Positions 39,965 to 49,112 of a stretch of DNA of 64,000 nucleotides are shown here, in pieces. Source of the stretch: Synechococcales cyanobacterium bin2.concoct.b11b12b14.033 (GTDB lineage: Bacteria; Cyanobacteriota; Vampirovibrionia; Caenarcaniphilales; Caenarcanaceae); assembly GCA_013298875.1 (NCBI GenBank), contig JAAFJH010000001.1:7030-71029 (forward strand). The letters run 5' to 3'. The notes under the pieces are model-generated. The model was not told the origin of the DNA, searched no databases, and worked only from the letters and a program-made list of their open reading frames with translations. Both the position numbers and the translations under genes were made by a program. Position 1 is the stretch's first letter. Each line of letters starts with the position of its first letter.

Positions 39965-40082
39965 GTGGAAACGCAATATTAACTAAAATTATCAAGGAAT
40001 GGATAAAGCGGAATCAAGCGATAGTAGACGTATTTAATAAAGATTTTCAACAAACAATTATAAAAATCCAAAGGGCTAAAAA

Positions 40083-40949
40083 ATGAGCTTTGATTCACCT
40101 CTTCGATATCCAGGCGGCAAAGGTCGTCTAACAAACTACATTAAATCAATTTTTGAACTGAATGATTTAGTAGGTGGTGAATATGTTGAACCTTATGCTG
40201 GTGGTGCAGGAATAGCCTGTTCACTTTTACTTTCTGGTCATGTATCTAAAATTCACCTAAATGATTTAAACAAGTCTATTTATGCTTTTTGGTACTCAAT
40301 AATGAATAGTACTGATGAATTTTGTAAATTGATTTTTGACACTGAACTAACTATTGAGGAATGGTATAAACAACGAGAAATTCAAAAAGATTATGATTCA
40401 TGGCTTTCACTTGGTTTCTCTACATTTTTCTTAAATCGTACTAATCGATCTGGAATTATTACTGCTGGTGTAATTGGAGGATTGAAGCAAGATGGAGAAT
40501 GGAAATTAGATGCTCGATTCAATAAAAGCAATTTAATTTCAAGAATTGAAAAACTTGCGCAATATAAAAAACAAATTAAGTTATCTAATAAAGACGCTGT
40601 TATTTTTGTGAAGGAAACTATCAAAAAACTTCCTGAGAAATCTTTGATCTATTTTGATCCACCTTATTATATGAAAGGGCAAAAACTGTATGCAAATTAC
40701 TATGAGCATCATGATCATCTTCAAATCTCTTCTTTAATTCAAGAAAAAATAACGCAAAATTGGATTGTTTCTTACGATTATGTTCCTGAAATTGCAAAAA
40801 TGTATAAAGTTCAGTCAAAAGTTTATGATTTAAGTTACAGTGCTGGTAATCGTTATAAAGGTAAAGAAATAATGTTTTTTTCTCCCAATTTAAAGAAACC
40901 CACAACTATAAGCAAATCAAGCCTTTTGGAGAGAAAGAAGTTTAGCTAA
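40083..40949 (+). CDS. dam: DNA adenine methyltransferase, D12 (Dam) class
   Basis: 288 aa; N-terminal YPGGKGRL (Dam AdoMet/FxGxG-region equivalent), catalytic DPPY (IYFDPPYY); 118 bp downstream of the OLD-like gene, same strand. Confidence 0.85.
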   Translation: MSFDSPLRYPGGKGRLTNYIKSIFELNDLVGGEYVEPYAGGAGIACSLLLSGHVSKIHLNDLNKSIYAFWYSIMNSTDEFCKLIFDTELTIEEWYKQREIQKDYDSWLSLGFSTFFLNRTNRSGIITAGVIGGLKQDGEWKLDARFNKSNLISRIEKLAQYKKQIKLSNKDAVIFVKETIKKLPEKSLIYFDPPYYMKGQKLYANYYEHHDHLQISSLIQEKITQNWIVSYDYVPEIAKMYKVQSKVYDLSYSAGNRYKGKEIMFFSPNLKKPTTISKSSLLERKKFS

Positions 40950-43790
40950 ATATTTACCAGTAAAAGATTGTTTATTTTTTATAATTTGTATTGGGGTACC
41001 TTCGGCGATAATTTCCCCGCCAGCTTGTCCACCTTCAGGCCCCAAATCAATGATCCAATCAGCTTGTTTAATAACATCCAAATTATGCTCAATAATTAAA
41101 ACAGTATTTCCCGCCTCTGCTAATTTGTGTAGTACTAACATTAATTTTTCAATATCATACCAATGCAAGCCGGTAGTCGGCTCATCCAAAATATAAAGCG
41201 TTTTGCCAGTATGTCTGCGTGATAATTCGGTGGCCAATTTTATGCGCTGAGCTTCGCCACCAGAAAAGGTAGTTGCAGATTGACCTAATTGTATATAACC
41301 CAAGCCTACTTCTTCTAAAGTTTTAAGCTTATTATAAACCGCTGGAATTGACTCAAAGACATTGTTAGCTTGGCTTACCGTCAGATTGAGTATGTCGGAG
41401 ATCGAATAGCCTTTATATTTTACTTCTAAAGTTTCTTGATTATATCTTTTGCCATCACAGACTGCACATTTCACAAAAACCGAAGGCAAAAAATTCATTT
41501 CAATTTCTAAATGTCCTTGCCCATTACAAGCCTCACAACGCCCACCTTTGACATTAAACGAAAAACGCCCTGGGCCATAACCTCTTAGCTTAGCGTCTGA
41601 CATAGTAGCAAAAAGCTCTCTGATTGGTGTGAAAGCCCCCGTATAAGTAGCCGGATTAGAATGGGGAGTTCTTCCAATTGGGCTTTGGTCAATTTCAATT
41701 ACTTTGTCTATATTTTCCAGTCCTTCAATTAAATCAACACCCACTGGTTTTTGGCGATTTTTGAGTAAGCAACTTTGCAAATAAGGAAAAAGCAAATTCA
41801 TAATTAAACTTGACTTGCCCGAACCAGAAACTCCTGTAACCAAAACCATTTTTCCAAGCGGAATTTCAGTACTTACATTTTTTAAATTGTTTAAATGAGC
41901 ATTTGTAATTTTAATTGATTGATTATTTCCTTCTCGAGGTTTAATTGGGCCTTTTAATTGCCATTCTCCTGATAAATATTTGCCCGTTAAAGATTCTTCG
42001 GTTGAACAAATACTTTCAAAACTGCCGGTTGCTACTATTTCTCCGCCTTCTCTTCCAGCTTTTGGCCCAACATCAATAATCCAATCACAAGCTCTAATGG
42101 TATCTTCATCGTGCTCAACCACTAAAACTGTATTTCCCAAGTTTTTTAATTTTTTTAAAGTTTCGATTAAGCGGTCATTATCTCTTTGGTGCAGCCCAAT
42201 GCTAGGTTCATCCAAAACATATAAAACTCCCGATAAACCAGACCCAATTTGTGTCGCTAATCTAATTCTTTGGGCTTCTCCGCCCGATAAAGTTGATGCA
42301 CCACGAGACAAGTTTAAATAATTTAAGCCCACATCTTTCAAAAACTGCAAACGATTTTTAATTTCCAGAATAATTCTTTCCGCTACTTTTAAGTCAAATT
42401 CACTAACTAAAGAAGGTATTTTCTCAAAAAACGCTAAAGTATCATCAATGCCTAAACTTGTTATTTCATTAATTGATAGATCGCCAAATTTAACTGCCGA
42501 AGATTCTTTACGCAGACGAGAACCATTACATTCCGGGCAAGTCTGAAATGACATATAACCTTCGAGGTCGCTTTTGGCTTTGTCATTACTGGAGCTGCAA
42601 GCTTTTTGATATTTTTTGTTTAAATTATTAATTACTCCTTCAAAGGGCATATTAAAAGTTAAAAGATCGTCCCCATCAAAAGAATCATAACTTAATTCAA
42701 TTGGCTCATCGGAACCGTATAAAACAGTTTTTCTAATTTCTCGGCTCAAGGATTTCCAGGGCGTGGCGGGTTTAATTTTAAAAGCTTTGCAAACCGAATT
42801 TAATAATTGTACATAATAATTAGTGCTTGACTTTGCCCATGGCACAATACAATTCAGCAAAGCCATATCTGTATTTGGAATTAATTTAGAGAGGTCAAAT
42901 TCTTGGGTATGTCCTAATCCATGGCACTCTGGGCAAGCACCTTCTGGGCTATTAAAAGAAAATAATTTGGGTGAAAGAGGCGGCAAACTTCCATGTCCTT
43001 GCGGGCAAGCTAAATGCTCCGAAAAGTGTAGCTCAGAAGTAATTTCTTGATCGTCATTCACAATTGCAAATTTAGCAAAGCCATTTCCTTTACGCAGAGC
43101 CAAACCCAAACTATCTGCTAGGCGAGAACGGTTTTCCAATTTGACACTTAAACGGTCAATGACAATTTCGATATTATGTTTTTTATTTTTAGTTAATTTA
43201 ATTTCCTCATCCAATGAATAAATTATTTCATTTACCTTAACTCGCAAAAATCCTTCTTTTTTTAATTTGCCAAATAAAGTTGTATGGTCACCTTTTTTCA
43301 GTTCAGCTACTGGAGCTAAGATTAATCCTTTTTGATCTTCGGCCTTGCTAAAAACTTCATCAATAATTTGATCAATACTTTGTTTGCTTACAGCAGTGCC
43401 ACAAATTGGGCAAAATTGTTTTCCGACACGTCCAAATAAAAGCCTTAAGTGATCGTAAATTTCGGTTACTGTTCCAACGGTTGAACGTACATTATGGCTA
43501 GCTGACTTTTGGTTAATAGCAATGGCGGGGCTAAGTCCTTCAATTGAATCAATGTCTGGTTTATCAACTTGGCCTAAAAACTGCCGAGCATAAGAAGATA
43601 AAGATTCGACATAACGGCGCTGGCCTTCTGCAAAAATGGTATCAAAAGCTAAAGAACTTTTGCCAGAGCCAGAAACACCTGTTATAACCACCAATTGGTT
43701 TTTAGGAATGCAAACATCAATATTTTTTAAATTATGTTCTCTTGCTCCAGTAACTTTAATCCATTCTTGGTTTTTCCCATCAGCAGTCAT
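40917..43790 (-). CDS. uvrA: Excinuclease ABC subunit A
   Basis: 957 aa; two ABC ATPase modules (GVSGSGKSSL twice), zinc-finger cysteines, UvrB-binding and insertion domains in canonical order; last 11 codons overlap dam's last 11 codons on the opposite strand. Confidence 0.97.
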   Translation of the reverse strand: MTADGKNQEWIKVTGAREHNLKNIDVCIPKNQLVVITGVSGSGKSSLAFDTIFAEGQRRYVESLSSYARQFLGQVDKPDIDSIEGLSPAIAINQKSASHNVRSTVGTVTEIYDHLRLLFGRVGKQFCPICGTAVSKQSIDQIIDEVFSKAEDQKGLILAPVAELKKGDHTTLFGKLKKEGFLRVKVNEIIYSLDEEIKLTKNKKHNIEIVIDRLSVKLENRSRLADSLGLALRKGNGFAKFAIVNDDQEITSELHFSEHLACPQGHGSLPPLSPKLFSFNSPEGACPECHGLGHTQEFDLSKLIPNTDMALLNCIVPWAKSSTNYYVQLLNSVCKAFKIKPATPWKSLSREIRKTVLYGSDEPIELSYDSFDGDDLLTFNMPFEGVINNLNKKYQKACSSSNDKAKSDLEGYMSFQTCPECNGSRLRKESSAVKFGDLSINEITSLGIDDTLAFFEKIPSLVSEFDLKVAERIILEIKNRLQFLKDVGLNYLNLSRGASTLSGGEAQRIRLATQIGSGLSGVLYVLDEPSIGLHQRDNDRLIETLKKLKNLGNTVLVVEHDEDTIRACDWIIDVGPKAGREGGEIVATGSFESICSTEESLTGKYLSGEWQLKGPIKPREGNNQSIKITNAHLNNLKNVSTEIPLGKMVLVTGVSGSGKSSLIMNLLFPYLQSCLLKNRQKPVGVDLIEGLENIDKVIEIDQSPIGRTPHSNPATYTGAFTPIRELFATMSDAKLRGYGPGRFSFNVKGGRCEACNGQGHLEIEMNFLPSVFVKCAVCDGKRYNQETLEVKYKGYSISDILNLTVSQANNVFESIPAVYNKLKTLEEVGLGYIQLGQSATTFSGGEAQRIKLATELSRRHTGKTLYILDEPTTGLHWYDIEKLMLVLHKLAEAGNTVLIIEHNLDVIKQADWIIDLGPEGGQAGGEIIAEGTPIQIIKNKQSFTGKYLAKLLSLQKA

Positions 43791-43957
43791 AATTTATTTA
43801 TATAATTCAAGTCAATAAGTAAAATTATATAGTTTTTTAGATTTTTTCAATGTTAAAATGTGTTGATTGAATTACAAACTTGACATATTGATTGTTTTTT
43901 AGCACACTTAGCTTATGCTTTGCTGCGTACTGAAAAAAGGCTAACCTGTTAAATAAC

Positions 43958-45652
43958 ATGGCTAACGAAAGAATTACAGAAAATATTGTGAGGAATCTTT
44001 TAAGGGATAAAGGGTATTATGATAATGATAAAATCATAATTGAAGAACAATCATCTGCCAACCCCCAAATAAACAAATTACTGAAATTAGCCTCTAAGAG
44101 TGGTACGGGAAAAGGTTATCCTGAATTTATTATATCCTTTAAAAACAAACCTAATGACCTTATAGTCATTGAATGTAAGGGGAGCATTACATATCACGAG
44201 AGTAAGGATAGAGAGCAATATAAGAATTATGCAGTTGACGGGGTCTTGCTGTATGCCTCTTATTTGAAAGATTCGTTTAACGTAACAGCTATTGCGGTAA
44301 GTGGTGAAAATGAGAGAGAGAAAAAAATATCATCTTTTATTTGGCTGAGAGAGCATTACACCTATAAAAACATTCAGGATAAAATACTATTAGCTCCTGA
44401 TGAAATTTCCAATATAATAGTAGAGCAATCCAAACCTATTTCAGAAGATGAGTTAATAAAAAAGGCTATTGAATATAACTCCTTTTTACACAAATACTCT
44501 ATACCCGAAGTTGAAAGATGTACCCTGATAAGCTCAATATTGATAGCGTTACAAGACAAACCTTTTCTAAGCAGCTACAAAGAATATACAAACAACAGGG
44601 ATTTAATAGAGAACTTAATTGAGGCTTGCAAGCGTGTTTTAAAAAGTAAGGAATTAGAAGATAGAAAGACAGAAGTAATCATTGATGAATACTCAAAGTT
44701 TAAAAACAACAATGGTTCATTTAACTCTCAGACATTCTATAATAAAAAGACTAAAAGCGACGAAGCAAACACTATACTTAGAGATTTTATAATTCTCATT
44801 AATGAAAATATACTTCCTTATATCAATAATAGTGAATTTGATGTATTAGGTAAGTTCTATACACAGTTTATAAGATATGCAGGTAGCGATAAAAAAACGG
44901 GGTTAGTCTTAACACCTACTCATATAACAGATTTATTTTGTGAAATAGCCGATTTAGGTATAGATGATATAGTTTTTGATGAGTGCTGCGGTACTGCAGG
45001 TTTTTTAGTCTCAGCTATGAATTATATGCTAAAGAAAGCAGGGAACAACTCTGAAAAGAAGAAAATAATTAAGTCATCTCAATTATTGGGTATTGAAGAT
45101 CGTTCTGATATGTTTTCTCATGCTTGCTCTAATATGATGATGAGGGGGGACGGCAAAAGCCACATTCTTTACGGCGACTGTTTCAAGGAAGAAAATAAAA
45201 GTATTATTAGAGCAAATAAACCGACAAAAGCCTTTTTAAATCCTCCATACCAAGATGGGAATGCAGCCGAACAATTAGAATTTATCGAAAATGCTTTAAG
45301 TTGCCTAGTAAAAGATGGGCTCTGTATTGCCATTTGTCAAATGTCAACAACTGTTTCGAGTAATAAGGATGTAATAGAAGTTCGGGAACGGATATTGGCC
45401 AACCATACATTAGAAGCCACATTTTCAATGCCTATCGATTTGTTTCACCCCGTCGGAGTTAATACGAGCATTTTGATCTTCAAGGCACATCATGTGCATC
45501 CCCAAAGGAAAAAAACATTTTTTGGGTATTTTAAAAACGATGGTTTTGTGAAAACCAAAAATCATGGAAGGGTAGATAAGAACAATCAGTGGGACGAAAT
45601 TAAAAAAACTTGGCTTAATGCTTACATTAATAAAGAAAGCATTGTAGGATAA
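43958..45652 (+). CDS. N6-adenine DNA methyltransferase (gamma class, HsdM/Eco57I-like) with N-terminal restriction-endonuclease-like domain; no adjacent HsdS/HsdR
   Basis: 564 aa; N-terminal PEFIISF...LIVIECKG resembles a (P)D/E...(D/E)xK nuclease or HsdR-N-like core. The methyltransferase has motif I VFDECCGTAGFL, then motif IV NPPY (FLNPPYQDG); it has no target-recognition domain and no specificity subunit nearby. Confidence 0.7.
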   Translation: MANERITENIVRNLLRDKGYYDNDKIIIEEQSSANPQINKLLKLASKSGTGKGYPEFIISFKNKPNDLIVIECKGSITYHESKDREQYKNYAVDGVLLYASYLKDSFNVTAIAVSGENEREKKISSFIWLREHYTYKNIQDKILLAPDEISNIIVEQSKPISEDELIKKAIEYNSFLHKYSIPEVERCTLISSILIALQDKPFLSSYKEYTNNRDLIENLIEACKRVLKSKELEDRKTEVIIDEYSKFKNNNGSFNSQTFYNKKTKSDEANTILRDFIILINENILPYINNSEFDVLGKFYTQFIRYAGSDKKTGLVLTPTHITDLFCEIADLGIDDIVFDECCGTAGFLVSAMNYMLKKAGNNSEKKKIIKSSQLLGIEDRSDMFSHACSNMMMRGDGKSHILYGDCFKEENKSIIRANKPTKAFLNPPYQDGNAAEQLEFIENALSCLVKDGLCIAICQMSTTVSSNKDVIEVRERILANHTLEATFSMPIDLFHPVGVNTSILIFKAHHVHPQRKKTFFGYFKNDGFVKTKNHGRVDKNNQWDEIKKTWLNAYINKESIVG

Positions 45653-45722
45653 AAATATTGAATTAGGCCAAAAAACTAGTAATGGCCAATCTCAATGGGT
45701 TATTATCGGTAAACAATTAAGT

Positions 45723-45989
45723 TTATTGTGAGTCTGTTTCTACTGTGAAATTATGACTTTCTCCATTTATGTGAATTGTTCCTTTATCTTCTCCATTAAA
45801 TTGGGGATCATAACCATTTTTTGTAAGTGCATTAATCTCAGTAGTATTTAGAGAATCTCCCGCTTTAATTCGTCTCAAAGCCGTTGTTAAATCATTCCTG
45901 GAGCTTGTATCTATTCTATTTTTTCCAGCATAGCTTCTTTCTGTTCTACTTTTTACTTGAAGTGTAGGAATTATATTTGTAATTCTCAT
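45723..45989 (-). CDS. Hypothetical small protein
   Basis: 88 aa ORF with no recognisable motif; may be non-coding. Confidence 0.25.
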   Translation of the reverse strand: MRITNIIPTLQVKSRTERSYAGKNRIDTSSRNDLTTALRRIKAGDSLNTTEINALTKNGYDPQFNGEDKGTIHINGESHNFTVETDSQ

Positions 45990-46342
45990 TTATTTGTGTT
46001 GTATAAAATTTGTTCTACTATTCTATAAGAGGTTGATGATTTTTTCAAATAGACTCAACTATAATCTCAATATTTAATCTTCCGTCCGAGCCACTGGTTG
46101 AAATAATGCGTTTGATTTTGCCATTAATTGGGCTTTTACAAATTATTTCTTGTGGTAGTTTAAGCGAAATTGAAGACTTTTAAATCTCTTTCTATAAGCA
46201 CTTTCTAGTTCAATAGTTGAGTAATACTTGTTCTCGGGTTTAAATTCAAATTAGCTCTCATCTTTCAACTTCTGATTAATAGATTCCCTGAACTAACATA
46301 AAGTAGTATTCACGTAACTAATAGCTAAAAATTATTTCATTT

Positions 46343-47338
46343 ATGCCTCAAAATCAGAGACTCTCGCAGTTGACTTTATTAAGTTTATCTTTATCTTTTT
46401 CACCCAGTATCATATCAATTGCAGCTTCCAACTCTTTGGCAGAAATTCAATCCGCCAGCCAAAATCAGATGATAGCCATTGCTTATGGAGAATATTATCC
46501 ACCGACTAATCATAATCATCAGCCGCAGCAACAATATTACCCAAGGCCGCAGCAAAGATATTATCCAAGACCACCCAGAAACAGATTTCCAAGTGGGGGA
46601 TATGCCACAACTCCCAGAATACCAATTTGTCCCATGCCGCCTGCTCAGCCACAACCAATGCCGCCCTTAGATGATCCACACCATCCTGTGGCTTATAAGC
46701 CAGCTATTTACCTTTATCCCGAAAAGCCAACTGAAGTTGAAGTTTTTATTGATCCGAAAATTAACTTAACTATTGATATTCCAAAATATAATCCCCAAAA
46801 AGGTTGGAAAGTTTTAGCTTATCCAAATGGCTTACTCGAAGATCTTCAATTAGAACAAACTGATCCTGAATCTTATAAAAAATATTTAAATTCAACTGGA
46901 CTAGAATATGCTTATAGTTCTGCTCTCAGAGGTACTTATCCTTATTTGTATTGGGAAGGTACTCTTATCGAAGAAGCCAGTAAAAAAACTAATGGTTGGA
47001 TAGTTTCAGACTCTGAAATCAAAACTTTTTTAAGTGCAAGACTTGATGAAATGAATTTCAGTCGTATTGAGAAAAAAGACTTTTTAGATTATTGGGTCAT
47101 TAAAATCAAAGAAAAACAAAAACCTTTCTATTGGATTTCTTTCGTTTTAACTAAAGAATTTGACCAAAAGCACCCCCTAAAAATTGTGCCTAAGCCAGAT
47201 TCAATCATGAGAGTATTAATTGAAGTAGCTCCATTGGATGAAAAGCCAAGTAAATTACCTGAACCCCAAAAATTGGAAAGTATTATTCGTAAAGGTTTTA
47301 CTGTTTTAGAATGGGGGGGTTATTTCGTGAAGAAATAA
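46343..47338 (+). CDS. Hypothetical secreted protein with proline-rich YYPRP-repeat linker
   Basis: 331 aa; signal-like N-terminus, Q/P-rich tract with two YYPRP(Q/P) repeats, about 230-aa globular C-terminal domain of unknown function. Confidence 0.45.
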   Translation: MPQNQRLSQLTLLSLSLSFSPSIISIAASNSLAEIQSASQNQMIAIAYGEYYPPTNHNHQPQQQYYPRPQQRYYPRPPRNRFPSGGYATTPRIPICPMPPAQPQPMPPLDDPHHPVAYKPAIYLYPEKPTEVEVFIDPKINLTIDIPKYNPQKGWKVLAYPNGLLEDLQLEQTDPESYKKYLNSTGLEYAYSSALRGTYPYLYWEGTLIEEASKKTNGWIVSDSEIKTFLSARLDEMNFSRIEKKDFLDYWVIKIKEKQKPFYWISFVLTKEFDQKHPLKIVPKPDSIMRVLIEVAPLDEKPSKLPEPQKLESIIRKGFTVLEWGGYFVKK

Positions 47339-47354
47339 GTCTCTTTTTATTTTA

Positions 47355-48599
47355 TTAAACTGAATTACCGGCTACCCAGCCAGTTGTCCAAGCTGATTGC
47401 AGATTAAAACCGCCTGTAAAACCGTCAACATTAAGCACTTCTCCTGCCCAATAAAGACCATTTACTATTTTAGATTGCATAGTATTTGGGTTTATTTCAT
47501 TAAATTCAAGGCCTCCAGCTGTTACAATTTCTTCGCCAGATGGACGAATACCTGAAATATTGATTTTTAATTTTATTAAACTTTCAACAATTTGTCCTAA
47601 TTCTTTTTTGCTAATTTCAGATAAGGTTTTTTGGGTATTAAGGCTAATTTGCGAAAGTATTTCGTCTTTTAATCTCTCGGGGCAAACATTTTCCAGGCAA
47701 TTAATTACTTTTTTCCGGGCATTGTTTTTCCATTTTTCTTTTAAGGCATTTTCCAGGTCAGCTACTTTTAAATCAGGAAATAAATTTAAAAAAAGTTCAT
47801 AAATACCTTGGTTATAATCTTGGCCGGCGGCTAAACTGCTTATTTTAAAAACTCCTGGCCCAGTAATTCCCCAATGTGTAAATAAAAGTCCTCCCGTCTG
47901 TTCAGCTATTTTTTTTGAGTTATGGCATAAAGTTAATTTTATATTAGCCAAAGTTAAACCTTTCAAGTTATGCACCCAATTATCTGAGCTTAAATAGCCA
48001 GTCAGAGAAGGTTGAGCTTTAATAACTTTATGACCTGCTTTAATGGCCCATTCATAAGCGTCTCCGGTTGAGCCAGTTTTTTGATAGCTCATTCCCCCAC
48101 AGGAAACTAAAATATTTTTGCTATAAATAATTTCTCCATTTTCCAAAACGATTCCACGAACTATTTGATTTTCAATTAATAAATTTTTGACATTTTGCTT
48201 ATATAAAATTTCTACTTTGGCTTGGCTACAGGCTTTTAATAAAGTATTTAAAACATCGGCTGAATTATCGGTAATTGGAAAAACACGGCCATCGTCTTCA
48301 GTTTTGGTTTTTAAGTTTCGGCTCTCAAACCAATTAATAGTATCAATATGGCTAAATTTAGTTAAAAGTCCCCATAAAAACTTGCTTCCCCGCGGGTAAT
48401 TTTGCAAAAAATCTTTGATTTCTAAATATTTATTATTAGTAATATTACATCTACCACCACCAGAGATCAGGATTTTACGACCAGCTTTTTCGCCTTTTTC
48501 GAGCAGTAAAACTTTTAAACCACGCTCGCCAGCTTGAATTGAGGCCATTAAACCAGCAGCACCTGCTCCAATCACTATTAAATCATAAGTTGAATTCAC
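47355..48599 (-). CDS. HI0933/BaiN-family FAD-dependent flavoprotein (NAD(P)/FAD oxidoreductase)
   Basis: 414 aa; N-terminal dinucleotide fold YDLIVIGAGAAGLMA and GGGRCN motif characteristic of HI0933-like proteins. Confidence 0.8.
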   Translation of the reverse strand: MNSTYDLIVIGAGAAGLMASIQAGERGLKVLLLEKGEKAGRKILISGGGRCNITNNKYLEIKDFLQNYPRGSKFLWGLLTKFSHIDTINWFESRNLKTKTEDDGRVFPITDNSADVLNTLLKACSQAKVEILYKQNVKNLLIENQIVRGIVLENGEIIYSKNILVSCGGMSYQKTGSTGDAYEWAIKAGHKVIKAQPSLTGYLSSDNWVHNLKGLTLANIKLTLCHNSKKIAEQTGGLLFTHWGITGPGVFKISSLAAGQDYNQGIYELFLNLFPDLKVADLENALKEKWKNNARKKVINCLENVCPERLKDEILSQISLNTQKTLSEISKKELGQIVESLIKLKINISGIRPSGEEIVTAGGLEFNEINPNTMQSKIVNGLYWAGEVLNVDGFTGGFNLQSAWTTGWVAGNSV

Positions 48600-48754
48600 T
48601 AAATGTTTTTGCCTCTGCGCTTCAAGTTGACCGAGTTTATCCTTGTATAATAACTTTTTTAATTGCTAAGGTAATTTAAGAATAAAAAATGGGAACAAAA
48701 TATACTAGTTTGTGCTTCATTAAGGTTATTGGATTATCAGAAATTAGGTTTTAA

Positions 48755-49003
48755 ATGCTTACGGAATTATATAATAGAGCGGAAGAATTGATTTTAACAG
48801 AAGAACAAAAGCAGGCTTTAAATTTGCTTAAGTGTATTCAAACATATCGAGTTTATCCTTCGGTGGCTCAGTTGCTGGCTAGTCGGTCAAAATTAGTTTA
48901 TCAGTTAGATGACATTTATAAATTATGGAGACGCTTTGATCGTTTATCGAATAAAGAATTAGCTGAATTAGCGATGGAATTGATTAATGAAATTTGGGAT
49001 TAA
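48755..49003 (+). CDS. Hypothetical small protein
   Basis: 82 aa helical ORF; no recognisable motif. Confidence 0.3.
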   Translation: MLTELYNRAEELILTEEQKQALNLLKCIQTYRVYPSVAQLLASRSKLVYQLDDIYKLWRRFDRLSNKELAELAMELINEIWD

Positions 49004-49112
49004 TTAGGATTTGGCTGCTTAATATAAACTTTTAGCTTGGAAATAATTAATATTAACAAATAATTAAAATCATCCTTCGTAACAAAAATACAACTTAAAA
49101 TCGTATGTATAT

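Noticed and set aside
43870-43960. Possible LexA/SOS box or sigma70 promoter in the uvrA / methyltransferase divergent region (ttgaca at 43880, ctgttaaataacatgg)
   Set aside because: -10 element at the right spacing is poor (cacact) and the CTGT...N8... site lacks the ACAG half; cannot support a call.
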